DNA of 63,042 bases, counting the filler, from an uncultured bacterium (GTDB lineage: Bacteria > Latescibacterota > UBA2968), in the NCBI GenBank assembly GCA_964471275.1. It is 16 parts of 16 records of this genome, joined end to end, with 100 filler letters (N's around TTAATTAATTAA, not from the genome) between each part and the next. Parts side by side here need not be neighbours in the genome. Positions count along the whole stretch, not along the records: positions 8,428 to 12,538 come from CAYYGZ010000320.1; positions 12,639 to 16,723 come from CAYYGZ010000321.1; positions 16,824 to 20,841 come from CAYYGZ010000323.1; positions 20,942 to 24,918 come from CAYYGZ010000324.1; 12 more parts are not named here. The stretch is one strand, 5' to 3'. Below the pieces are notes generated by a model. That model had not been told where the DNA came from. It did no database searches and saw only the letters and a list, made by a program, of their open reading frames with translations. The first letter of the stretch is position 1; every line of letters starts with the position of its first letter. Of the stretch, positions 12,249-21,262 are shown piece by piece. The translations under genes and the position numbers were made by a program.

Positions 12249-12638
12249 GATTTCTCCTCACTGTCAGATACAAATGGATAGTTCCCTTTCATGCTGATCG
12301 GGCAAGATGCACACCGATCCAACGAATCGTATGCATTGCACTCGGCGCGTTCAGTCAGCTAGATATGGTTCCGCCTCGAGCGCCGCCCTCTGACCTGGGG
12401 CTGACATCCTAGGCATCCGTCACACGCCCCGATCGGGGACTCCCTCCTCGCAACCGAGTGTCACCTTGCACGTAGAGACGCACATCAAGGTTCCTCCCGC
12501 GCTGCCAGTATTCTCCTCACACGCTCCTGGTTCCGTGCNNNNNNNNNNNNNNNNNNNNNNNNNNNNNNNNNNNNNNNNNNNNTTAATTAATTAANNNNNN
12601 NNNNNNNNNNNNNNNNNNNNNNNNNNNNNNNNNNNNNN

Positions 12639-12692
12639 TCAATCAACTCTAATGGCAGCTTGAAAACGTCTCGCTTTGGGGGGACCACTACG
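12639..12692 (+). mobile_element. Possible IS3-family right-end remnant
   Basis: ...QSTLMAA* followed by GTCTCGCTTTGGGGGGACCACTAC(G), resembling IS3-type ...GACCACTACA termini; at contig edge. Confidence 0.4.
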
Positions 12693-12855
12693 GGGGGATG
12701 AAATCTAGCAGATCACCGTGATCGTGGCAGTTTCCGGGGCGTTTGGGTCTGCCACCCTTGCGCCCCACTCTCCCTGCGCCTTTCATCGCGCATCATGAGG
12801 GGCTACATTGTGGCCATCCACTTGCGACATCCTACAACGCGACCGGGAGGGCACA

Positions 12856-13536
12856 ATGGGTAAATACACTGCGAGCGTAGAAAAGCGGTTCAAAAGTCCA
12901 GGGCCCCAGCCGAACGGGCTGCAAGCAGCAGAAGATGGCCTGTGGTGTATCGATCAGGTGAACCTGAAGGTGCACCTGATCGATTGGGCGTCCGGAAATG
13001 TGCTTCACGAGTTCGACACGGAGACGGAGCATTCGAGCGGGATCACACTGGGAGACGGGGCGGTCTGGGTTACATCGACATTCCAGCTCGAGGTGGTGAA
13101 GATCGACCCTGTGAACGGGAACACGATTGCGCGGTATCCTGATCCAGGAGCGGGACTGACGTCAGGTAGAGAGCTGACCGGGGACACGAAGAAATCCGGG
13201 TCACACGGGATCGAGTGGCGTGATGGGAAGGTATATGTGGCGGGGCCGCCAACTCAGCGGGTTCACGTCATGGACGCGTACTCGTGGGACGAGATCGGGC
13301 AGTTTCCGACGGGTGGGTTGCGCGTGCACGGAATTGGCTGGGATCCAGACGGGAAGCTGTGGGTATCGGACACGTCGTCCGGGACGGTCATGTTGATGGA
13401 TCCGGGCAATGGAAGAGTCTACGATGTGTTTCGGATCGATGAGCCAGATGAAGTGCACGGTATGACGGTTCGGGAGAACGGTGAGATCTGGTACTGCGAT
13501 GCCGGGACGCAGGACATCGGGGTTCTGGTACGGTAA
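12856..13536 (+). CDS. Beta-propeller protein (glutamine cyclotransferase/Vgb-like repeats)
   Basis: Repeated HGI.W..dG..W..D blades; GGGAGG RBS before ATG 12856. Confidence 0.7.
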   Translation: MGKYTASVEKRFKSPGPQPNGLQAAEDGLWCIDQVNLKVHLIDWASGNVLHEFDTETEHSSGITLGDGAVWVTSTFQLEVVKIDPVNGNTIARYPDPGAGLTSGRELTGDTKKSGSHGIEWRDGKVYVAGPPTQRVHVMDAYSWDEIGQFPTGGLRVHGIGWDPDGKLWVSDTSSGTVMLMDPGNGRVYDVFRIDEPDEVHGMTVRENGEIWYCDAGTQDIGVLVR

Positions 13537-13681
13537 TAGAGTGTGTCGCCGGCCGGTAGTGTGCCTGTTGCTGTCAGCCTTGCTCGGCGTAAGCACTACG
13601 TTTGTATGCTGCGGCAAGGAGCGTGGGGCAGGGGGGCAAGTACTGCCACACGAGCAGGTAGCTAGACCTGATTTTGTTATG

Positions 13682-14512
13682 TCAGCTGCCCAGTCCTTCC
13701 AGAATGCCTCTCAGGTATCCAATGCTCCTGGCGGCGATCGTCTGCGGGTCCGGCTTGAAGTTGAAGACCTCAACCGAGACGTAGCCCTTGTAGGCACGAT
13801 CTTTGAGCGTTCGCAGGATCGGGCCAAAATCTAGGTCGCCAAAGCCCGGTCCTCTGAGATTCGGGTCGTTCACGTGGACGTGGCGCATGGTTTTTCCGGC
13901 TTCGGCGATGACGTCTACGTGTGGTTTGTCTTCCGCAACGGCGGCCTTTGTGTCGACCATCGTCTGGAAATTCGGATGCCCGACGTCGGCAATCATCCGC
14001 TTCGCTTCAGCGATACTGTTGAGGATGTTCGTCTCTTTGCCAGTGAGCGCCTCGATGCAATAAGTCACGTCGTTCTTCTTCATTTCTCTGGTGCAGCCGG
14101 CGAACACATCGACGGCGTACTTCCAACATTCATCGCGGTCCCACCCCTTCTGTATGTTTCGCTGTGCCGGTGATCCGTGGATCATCACGCCGCCGCCCAG
14201 ATCCCCACAGAAGTTGATGAGCGCTTTGATATAGTCCTGTGTCTTCTTTCGTATGTCCTTGTCTGGATGCGTCAGATACATTCCCTTGGGGGCCGCCAGC
14301 AGCCAGTGCAATCCGACGATTTCCACTCCTGCCTTCTCGGCGGATTTACGGATGTTTCTGCGACGAGCGGCGGAGATACGGTTCACGTTATCAGCCAGCG
14401 TGAATGGCGCAATCTCGACGCCCTCGCAGCCGATCTCTGCTGCGTAGTTGAAGACCTTTTCTATCCTCCAGCCTTCAAAGAACTCATTGCATACGGCAAG
14501 CTTCATCATCAT
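13682..14512 (-). CDS. Sugar phosphate isomerase/epimerase (xylose isomerase-like TIM barrel)
   Basis: GVEIAPF, CIEAL, HVHVND.N..GPG.G, YVSVEVF. Confidence 0.88.
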   Translation of the reverse strand: MMMKLAVCNEFFEGWRIEKVFNYAAEIGCEGVEIAPFTLADNVNRISAARRRNIRKSAEKAGVEIVGLHWLLAAPKGMYLTHPDKDIRKKTQDYIKALINFCGDLGGGVMIHGSPAQRNIQKGWDRDECWKYAVDVFAGCTREMKKNDVTYCIEALTGKETNILNSIAEAKRMIADVGHPNFQTMVDTKAAVAEDKPHVDVIAEAGKTMRHVHVNDPNLRGPGFGDLDFGPILRTLKDRAYKGYVSVEVFNFKPDPQTIAARSIGYLRGILEGLGS

Positions 14513-14826
14513 TCCTTTCGGTTCTGTCGGTTTGCCCGGACGTGGATCACGGGTCTTTGGCTTTTGTTCTTTCTGTATGCGCCTTGGGTAGACGACTTGT
14601 GTGACGTCGCCCGGAAGGCGAATGGCCTGTGACCAATCGAGTGAGGGCGATGGCGTCGCAGTACCCTATTCTTGCAGGTAGATCACCAGAGAATATCGCC
14701 CTTTAGCCTTCTCACCGGACTCCGATTTAGAGATTGTGACATGTCCCTGGAAAAGCGAGGCTTAGGTAGGTACTCTCCTGCTATTCTGCGTGCGCTTCAG
14801 GGCACTCTGGCTGATCTGAAATTGAC

Positions 14827-14855
14827 TTGACACTCCGAATTCAATGAGATACCAT
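14827..14855 (+). promoter_or_regulatory. Putative sigma70 promoter of ABC ATPase gene
   Basis: TTGACA-N17-TACCAT. Confidence 0.55.
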
Positions 14856-14914
14856 AAGTTGCACTTTTTGGGGTATTCCGCAAGTTATACCACGCAGTCA
14901 AACGAGAGAATTCC

Positions 14915-15685
14915 ATGGCAGATCCAGCTCAGGGAGCCCGTTCAGAGAAGCACATTATCGAGATTCGAGAGGTCTGGAAGACTTACCGAATGGGTGACGA
15001 GGAGGTGCACGCACTGAGGGGTGTGACACTCGATGTGATCCGTGGCGAGTATCTCTCCATTATGGGTCCCTCGGGCAGCGGCAAGACGACGCTGTTCAAC
15101 ATGGTCGGCGCCCTGGATAGCCCTTCAAAGGGGCACGTGCTTGTGAACGGGCACGATATGGGCAACCTGAGCCAGGAGCAGGTGGCCTATCTGCGCTGCC
15201 ATAGTGTTGGTTACATCTTCCAGTCCTTCAACCTCATCCCCGTGATGACCGCTTTGGAGAACGTATCTCTACCGATGGTTTTCGCCGGAATGGACCGGAA
15301 GGCCTATGAGGAGAAGGCGGCATCCAAGCTGGAGCTGGTTGGCTTGCAGGATCGTCTGGATCACAAGCCTTTCGAGCTATCTGGAGGGCAGCAGCAGCGT
15401 GTGGCGATCGCACGGGCGATGGCGAACGATCCTGCGCTGATCCTTGCGGATGAGCCGACTGGGAACCTGGATCTCAAGACAGGCCAAGATATCATCGAGA
15501 TCTGCATGCGATTGCGCGAGGAATCGGGTGTGACTATTGTTTCGAATACGCACGATCATAAGATGCTGGGCGCCAGCGACCGCGTCGTCGATCTCCGAGA
15601 TGGACAGGTGGAGCGAATCCGACGAAGCGACGAGATCGATATTCAGGAAGGTCATATCGAGGGACTCGAGGGCGTCGAGGTCTAG
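14915..15685 (+). CDS. ABC transporter ATP-binding protein (LolD/MacB-like)
   Basis: GPSGSGKTT, LSGGQQQRVAIARA, ADEPTGNLD. Confidence 0.93.
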   Translation: MADPAQGARSEKHIIEIREVWKTYRMGDEEVHALRGVTLDVIRGEYLSIMGPSGSGKTTLFNMVGALDSPSKGHVLVNGHDMGNLSQEQVAYLRCHSVGYIFQSFNLIPVMTALENVSLPMVFAGMDRKAYEEKAASKLELVGLQDRLDHKPFELSGGQQQRVAIARAMANDPALILADEPTGNLDLKTGQDIIEICMRLREESGVTIVSNTHDHKMLGASDRVVDLRDGQVERIRRSDEIDIQEGHIEGLEGVEV

Positions 15686-15710
15686 CCCTCAAGATCGAGC
15701 AGGAAACTAG

Positions 15711-15752
15711 AGCGGGCGTCCATCAGTGCGATGGGCGCCCGCTTTGTTGTTT
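15711..15752. terminator. Intrinsic terminator between convergent genes
   Basis: AGCGGGCGTCCATC-AGTGC-GATGGGCGCCCGCT followed by TTGTTGTTT. Confidence 0.8.
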
Positions 15753-15765
15753 CTATTCTGGATGG

Positions 15766-15939
15766 CTACTTCTCTGGATATAGCAGGTCGTAGTAGCCAT
15801 TCTGCTCCAGCCGATGGATCATGCTGCGAATGATGGATCCCTCGACTCTGAATATCTCAGATATCTGCTCGGGCGTGTTGCCCTGTCGGACCAACTCAAT
15901 CAGGCGATCCCGATCCACGACTTTTTCAGGTACGGACAT
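15766..15939 (-). CDS. Small 57-aa HTH-like protein (absent from ORF track)
   Basis: MSVPEKVVDRDRLIELVRQGNTPEQISEIFRVEGSIIRSMIHRLEQNGYYDLLYPEK; flanked by a promoter and a terminator. Confidence 0.65.
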   Translation of the reverse strand: MSVPEKVVDRDRLIELVRQGNTPEQISEIFRVEGSIIRSMIHRLEQNGYYDLLYPEK

Positions 15940-15985
15940 GACAGGTCTTTTCGTCTGAAGTGATCAAATCCCGATAACGGGCAGA

Positions 15986-16014
15986 ATGTTATCCTTTTTG
16001 TGTTGATGCGTCAA
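15986..16014 (-). promoter_or_regulatory. Putative sigma70 promoter of small HTH gene
   Basis: TTGACG-N17-TAACAT on the minus strand, 46 bp upstream of ATG 15939. Confidence 0.55.
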
Positions 16015-16090
16015 AACTTTTAGTTCGAGGGGGAGGAGATCGGGGTGTGGGGTGTGGATCCCCGAAGGGGGGAGTCGTTAGTACAAATAG

Positions 16091-16125
16091 AGAAGACCGC
16101 CGGGAGACACCCCCGGCGGTCTTCT
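16091..16125 (-). terminator. Intrinsic terminator downstream of repeat protein gene
   Basis: AGAAGACCGCCGGG/CCCGGCGGTCTTCT 14-bp stem; T-rich tail on the minus strand. Confidence 0.75.
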
Positions 16126-16145
16126 TGCCATCTCTGAGACTGAGA

Positions 16146-16723
16146 TTATTGGTGGTCGACGAAGCTCACTGTGACACGAACACCAGGATCACTCTTACTC
16201 GGATCAATCGTGATCACATACTTCCCGTTCGGTGAAGGCGCAGCCGACGTGAGATGCAGTGCGTCGAAAGCGGCCTTTCCGTCCGCTGTGGTCCAGACCG
16301 CCGGCCCTCCCTCGACACCAACGCCGAAGAAGACCTTGCCGGTTGTCGCCGCTTCAATACCGAAGTGTGAAGCGTTCCGACCCGGCGGCAATGTGATCGC
16401 ATTGTTCTCCCAGCCCGGTGCGTTGCAGACCGTGCGGAAGATCAAGTTACCCGTCATCCCATTGTGTTCCTCCGTACCCTGCGGTTGCAGTTCACTGTTC
16501 CGCAGCGCGTCAGAACACTCAGGCGCGACGTTCTCGAACATTCCAGGACCGATAAGAAGCGCACCGTCTGGCGAGAAGGATGCTTCTTGGTTCCCCGGGT
16601 CGTGCGGCTGACCGTGTGTCGCCGGTGCATTCGGGTCGTGCGGCTGACCGTGTGTCGCCGGTGCATTCGGGTCGTGCGGCTGACCGTGTGGCGGCGGCGC
16701 GTTGGGGTCGTGCGGCTGACCGT
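16146..16723 (-). CDS. Hypothetical protein with His/Pro-rich 12-aa tandem repeats and a C-terminal globular domain; 5' truncated
   Basis: The 16146..16541 frame stays open to the contig edge: GQPHDPNAPPP-HGQPHDPNAPAT-HGQPHDPNAPAT-HGQPHDPGNQEASF...MFENVAPEC...VSFVDHQ. Confidence 0.75.
16596..16723. repeat. 36-bp coding tandem repeat (about 3.5 units visible)
   Basis: Unit CGGGTCGTGCGGCTGACCGTGTGTCGCCGGTGCATT at 16596 and 16632, variant at 16668, partial at 16704. Confidence 0.92.
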
Positions 16724-16823
16724 NNNNNNNNNNNNNNNNNNNNNNNNNNNNNNNNNNNNNNNNNNNNTTAATTAATTAANNNNNNNNNNNNNNNNNNNNN
16801 NNNNNNNNNNNNNNNNNNNNNNN

Positions 16824-17006
16824 CTCGGGCAACACTTTCGGTTCCTGATCTGCAGGGAGTTCCAACAAAAGGTTCAACGTGAACAGATCGCCCACCGTGA
16901 TCGAGTCCTGGTCGACGAACGCCCGGAAGGAAATCGGCTCACTGGCATCAACGGCAGCCACGAGCAGAATCAGGCAGGTAGAATAGCGAAAAAGTGGCGC
17001 GATCAC
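16824..17006 (-). CDS. BatD-like secreted protein N-terminus (3' truncated)
   Basis: Signal peptide then ISFRAFVDQDSITVGDLFTLNL, a BatD/Ig-like start. Confidence 0.55.
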
Positions 17007-17028
17007 GCTGTAGGAGCCGTCCGTCCGC

Positions 17029-18399
17029 TTAGCCCTGAGTCGCGCTCTGCTTGGGATAAATGCGAACATCTCGGATCTTGCCCATGAAGTACTGATCGAT
17101 TTCGACGATTTGCTGACGATCGTTCGTTGATGCATACAGGTGCTTACCCAGCGCGCCGACAATGACCTCTCGCAGGAGCTTCTCCTCACCCAACAGACGA
17201 ATACGAATCCCGTTTTCCTCAAACACGCTTCGTCTATCTTCCGCCATTTCCTCAGCCACGTAGGTCATCGCCCGCAGGGCGACCAACTCGTCCACAAAAT
17301 CTTCAAGCAGTGACAATTGTATGGTGTGGTCCGGATGTGAGACCACATCCCACGCCTCCACCCCTCGCTTGTTGAAGATTACGTTCGAGTCAGGGAACGC
17401 AATCTCGATTCGATCCACCGCGTGGCGGTTGAAGGTGAAGATATCGCGAGTGCGGAAAGAATCGCCGGAATCGATCAACTTGTGTACAAAAGCAGAATCT
17501 GCTTCGAAAACGTGCTCGCTCCCGAAATTACGTGCAAGGTAGGTTCGGTATGCGCGCACCCCAGCCTTCCGTCCGAAAGCGACACCGTTGACTGCGCGGC
17601 CATCCCCCTCATGCAGTTTGATCGAGAACCAAGGCCTTTCCAGTCCCGTGTTTTCGCCTTCGCCCACGTCGGCGAATTTCTCGATCCGGGCGTCACGCAG
17701 AGCTGTCAGGAATTGCCCGATGCCGACATCATCGCCGTCGTCCGCGAAGGGCGCAATAACCCGCCAGTGCAGATCTTCCCGTTCGACCGAAACGCTCTGG
17801 TCCCCCAGGATCATCTCGATGCCCCGGACACCGTCTGGATCAAACGCGACATACCTCTTGTCCCTCAGATCCAGCAACGAAAGTTCAAACTGGTAGTAGA
17901 ACTGGCTTTCCGCCAGGTAGATCTGATCATCACCGGAAACCTTCACATAGAAGTAAGCACCGGTTGGGCTTCGATCTCCGAAAGCCACTTCCTGACGCGC
18001 TCCCTCGCCCGAGTCGAACGTGAGACTGACGGCCGGGCTGGCCAGACCGAAATCAGCCAGGCTGAAATCCGGCAGACTTGTCTGGGTGGTGTCCGCAGCC
18101 ACACCGGCTTTCTCCAGAGTGCCTGCAGAATGCACAAGCCCCTCCAGCATGTCGTAGTCTGCGTCGGTCTCGATAGGTGAGACGATCCTCCAGGTAAAAC
18201 CGTCCTTCACAGCCAGGAGCGATTCATCCGGTGTATCGAGTCGTAGACGGCCGACCTGCTCCTTCGACACACGCGCAACCTTCCTGGCCGCGTCCGTGAT
18301 CTTCTCCTTCTCTTCCCATCCGCGGATCTCATACAGGTAGATATAGCCGCCAAGGACAGCCAGGAAAAGTGCCAGAACGCCCGTGGTTTTGAAGCTCAT
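17029..18399 (-). CDS. DUF4340 domain-containing protein
   Basis: N-terminal TM, repeated W.I..P...AD / FGL..P / GD.SP.G..Y motifs; downstream of gldG-like gene. Confidence 0.82.
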   Translation of the reverse strand: MSFKTTGVLALFLAVLGGYIYLYEIRGWEEKEKITDAARKVARVSKEQVGRLRLDTPDESLLAVKDGFTWRIVSPIETDADYDMLEGLVHSAGTLEKAGVAADTTQTSLPDFSLADFGLASPAVSLTFDSGEGARQEVAFGDRSPTGAYFYVKVSGDDQIYLAESQFYYQFELSLLDLRDKRYVAFDPDGVRGIEMILGDQSVSVEREDLHWRVIAPFADDGDDVGIGQFLTALRDARIEKFADVGEGENTGLERPWFSIKLHEGDGRAVNGVAFGRKAGVRAYRTYLARNFGSEHVFEADSAFVHKLIDSGDSFRTRDIFTFNRHAVDRIEIAFPDSNVIFNKRGVEAWDVVSHPDHTIQLSLLEDFVDELVALRAMTYVAEEMAEDRRSVFEENGIRIRLLGEEKLLREVIVGALGKHLYASTNDRQQIVEIDQYFMGKIRDVRIYPKQSATQG

Positions 18400-18428
18400 C
18401 TCGGTCTTGTCTCGCCTTCTGTAACGGG

Positions 18429-19817
18429 TTACCTGCGTCGCCACCAGACGAGCAGGCCCAGAACCACTGGCACACCCGGAATAAACAGCAATGACATCAA
18501 TTTGATCCAATGGCCCTCACTGACCGAAAGCGTCAGTGGCCGATACCCTCGTTCCTTCGCCCGAATCGAGATTCGGGCGCCCTCATCCAGTGTCCAGTTC
18601 ACGGCATTCAGAAACAGATCCGAATTGCCTTGCATACTCAGCAGTTGATTGTTCGCGAAGTCAGAATCACCAAAGATAACGAGTCGGGCGGAACGATCTG
18701 AATGGTCGGTTTTGGCTCGCAGCTTCGGGTTTAGTTCTCCCTCCAACGCTACAGCAAGAGTCAAGGGTCCCTTGAGATCAGTGGCAGAGTCGTATGTGGG
18801 AATCGAACGGGATTGGAGGCTGGTCAAGTCGGTCTCACCCCAACTCGAGTTCGATGTCAGCGCCAGCTTTGTGTGTGTCACCCCCGGGACCGTACCGCGC
18901 TGACCCAGAGATTGGGCGATCTGGAACACAGTCATGAGCCCCTCGTGCTTTTCTGTCACGGGATGGTGAGCATACTGGGCAACGGCGGACATCGAGTAAT
19001 CCATCCCGAGCGTCTTCCCAACCGTGCTTCTCTCGATCACGAGATCCCCGTTCGGCACAACGGACCACATCTCCAGCAGGGGTTCCAACCCGGTTCGAAA
19101 ACCGGGGTCAAGTAGCAGAATTCCCGCAGAAACACCACCCTCGAAATAGGATCGGATGGCGTCGATCTCCGCAGGATACATCAGGGTCTTGGGGCCAGGC
19201 ACAATCAGGAGATCGCAGTCTGCCGGCACATCATTTCCAACAAGGAGAAGCGAGTCGCGAACATCGTAGTTTGCTTCAAGCAGCAGATTCTTGATCCGAC
19301 GGTATCCGTTACGGTCGTCACTCCCAGGAGACGCTTCGCCGTGACCGGTCAAGAAATAGATCTTCTTCTTCTTTGTCTGAATCGCCTTGGCAATTGCGTT
19401 CGTCAGGTCCTTCTCTTCGATCGACGAGACCCGCTCCTCACGGTCACCCGAGATGACTACCGATGTGCCATAGGACTTCACCTTGAAGCGTCGTGCCTCG
19501 ACAGGTTCGCGATCCGGGTCGATCACCCGATAACTGAACCGGTCACTGTGGTAGGCATATTCTCTGAGCAACGGCTCCACGCTCTTTCGTTCCTGTTCAC
19601 GGAAGAACGAGATCACGTTGACGTCGCTCTGCAGACCCTTCAAAATCGTGATCGTCTGATCCGATAGGCTGTAGATGCCGCCCGCCGTTGTGTCAATCCG
19701 GTACTGATACAGAATCCCGAGAAGGTTTATGCCGACGATGATGCCCAGTACAATCAGAACTGATGTGACCGCATTTGAACCGTACTTGATCGCTCGATTT
19801 CTAACCTGGTTTGCCAC
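18429..19817 (-). CDS. GldG-family ABC transporter auxiliary protein
   Basis: YSLSDQT, IDPD..P, YFLTGHGE, GDSDF, N.DLFLNAVNW, C-terminal TM and WWRRR. Confidence 0.88.
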   Translation of the reverse strand: MANQVRNRAIKYGSNAVTSVLIVLGIIVGINLLGILYQYRIDTTAGGIYSLSDQTITILKGLQSDVNVISFFREQERKSVEPLLREYAYHSDRFSYRVIDPDREPVEARRFKVKSYGTSVVISGDREERVSSIEEKDLTNAIAKAIQTKKKKIYFLTGHGEASPGSDDRNGYRRIKNLLLEANYDVRDSLLLVGNDVPADCDLLIVPGPKTLMYPAEIDAIRSYFEGGVSAGILLLDPGFRTGLEPLLEMWSVVPNGDLVIERSTVGKTLGMDYSMSAVAQYAHHPVTEKHEGLMTVFQIAQSLGQRGTVPGVTHTKLALTSNSSWGETDLTSLQSRSIPTYDSATDLKGPLTLAVALEGELNPKLRAKTDHSDRSARLVIFGDSDFANNQLLSMQGNSDLFLNAVNWTLDEGARISIRAKERGYRPLTLSVSEGHWIKLMSLLFIPGVPVVLGLLVWWRRR

Positions 19818-19818
19818 G

Positions 19819-20595
19819 CTAGACTCTCCACCTTCGTGATTCGATCAACGTGTATGTCAAGAAGAGGAAAAAGGCCGTCAGGCTCAGGAAGAATGCAACA
19901 TCGAGCGTATCGATCACGCCTCGGTTCATGTCCTCCATGTGAGCAAGGATCGAAAGATACCGGAGGATGCCTGCCAAAATCGGATCCACAAACCGGGAAG
20001 ACCAATCGATGAACCAGAGAAGGAGAAGGAGAAAGAAGGAAATCACGACTGCCACAATCTGGTTCTCGGTAACAGAGGAAGCGAAAACTCCCACGCTGAT
20101 GAAGGTCGCTCCAAGCAACAGAACGGCAAGCTGAGCAGACAGGATCGGTCCCCACTCAATCGTCGCATACATCGACAGAACGCCGAGCAAACTGAGCGCA
20201 CCGATCTCGATCACTGCATATAGGCTGAAGCAGGCGAGGAACTTCCCCATAAGAACCTGAAAAATCGATACGGGTGAGGTCATCAGCAATTCAAACGTGC
20301 CCTGGCGCTGCTCCTCGGCGTAGAGACGCATCGTAAGCATGGGCGTCACGATCAGCCAGATAAAGAACCGCAGACTGTAGAAATCGGTCACGATGACATC
20401 GTTCGCGTTCACCGCGCCTCTCTGATTTGCCACCACGTCCTGCGAGTAGTATCGACTCATCTGGTGGAATTCGAAGACGAGATTCTGGAAGATATAGCCG
20501 GTAAAGAACAGAAAGACACCCGCCATCACATATGCTACGGGAGACCCGAAATAGGATCGCATCTCCTTCCAATAAATCGCGGTCAGGTTACGCAT
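19819..20595 (-). CDS. ABC-2 permease (GldF-like)
   Basis: KEMRSYFGSPVAY, PMLTMRLYAEE..GTFELLMTSP, TENQIVA. Confidence 0.9.
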   Translation of the reverse strand: MRNLTAIYWKEMRSYFGSPVAYVMAGVFLFFTGYIFQNLVFEFHQMSRYYSQDVVANQRGAVNANDVIVTDFYSLRFFIWLIVTPMLTMRLYAEEQRQGTFELLMTSPVSIFQVLMGKFLACFSLYAVIEIGALSLLGVLSMYATIEWGPILSAQLAVLLLGATFISVGVFASSVTENQIVAVVISFFLLLLLWFIDWSSRFVDPILAGILRYLSILAHMEDMNRGVIDTLDVAFFLSLTAFFLFLTYTLIESRRWRV

Positions 20596-20841
20596 GCTCT
20601 GCTCCCGCCTCCTCCGTCGTCAACTCGACGAAAATATCCTCGAGCGACATCTCTTGGCGCCGAAGCTCGAGCACATCGATGCCCTGCCCAACGAGGGCAG
20701 ACACGATCTGCGGTCTGATCTCATTCTCAATCGGCGCATCCACAAAGAATGCAGTCTCTCCCGCTTCCGAGGCGGGCTCGATGCTCAGAACACCCGGAAT
20801 CGCCTCGATCGCGGCCGAGGCGGGATCGGCATCCCCGCCTA
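20588..20841 (-). CDS. ABC transporter ATP-binding protein (GldA-like), C-terminal fragment
   Basis: ...IDVLELRRQEMSLEDIFVELTTEEAGAEHA*; overlaps the permease start. Confidence 0.75.
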
Positions 20842-20941
20842 NNNNNNNNNNNNNNNNNNNNNNNNNNNNNNNNNNNNNNNNNNNNTTAATTAATTAANNN
20901 NNNNNNNNNNNNNNNNNNNNNNNNNNNNNNNNNNNNNNNNN

Positions 20942-21121
20942 AAGGTCTGAGATAGCCGCACGCAGTGTGGGAGTCGCGTAGATGTCGATTTCCAGCGAAT
21001 CCGCATCCCAGACACCAGTGTGACTCCCCCCTGCCGGCATGGGGACGGTATCCAGCATCGCGGCATCAATGCTTGAGGCCAGGAAGACGCTGACGCAAAA
21101 TGTCAGGAGAAAGTCTTGCAT
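20942..21121 (-). CDS. Putative secreted protein N-terminus (truncated)
   Basis: MQDFLLTFCVSVFLASSIDAA signal-like start running into the gap. Confidence 0.45.
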
Positions 21122-21262
21122 AACAATCCGCTAAAATATATATCCTCTTCTGGATACGACCAATCGAACTCTGACATTGCCTGCGCGCCAGACCGAACCG
21201 GTGAGCCAGATCGTGCCCAAAACCGGATAGTGGATCCGGACTCCCTACCCACAGGAGAGCTG

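Noticed and set aside
16028..16073. G-rich tract as a G-quadruplex
   Set aside because: Loops are long and irregular, a competing hairpin exists, and there is no functional evidence
16596..16723. CRISPR array (conserved ~21-bp block with short variable parts)
   Set aside because: The period is exactly 36 bp, two would-be spacers are identical, the frame is open and coding, and there are no cas genes
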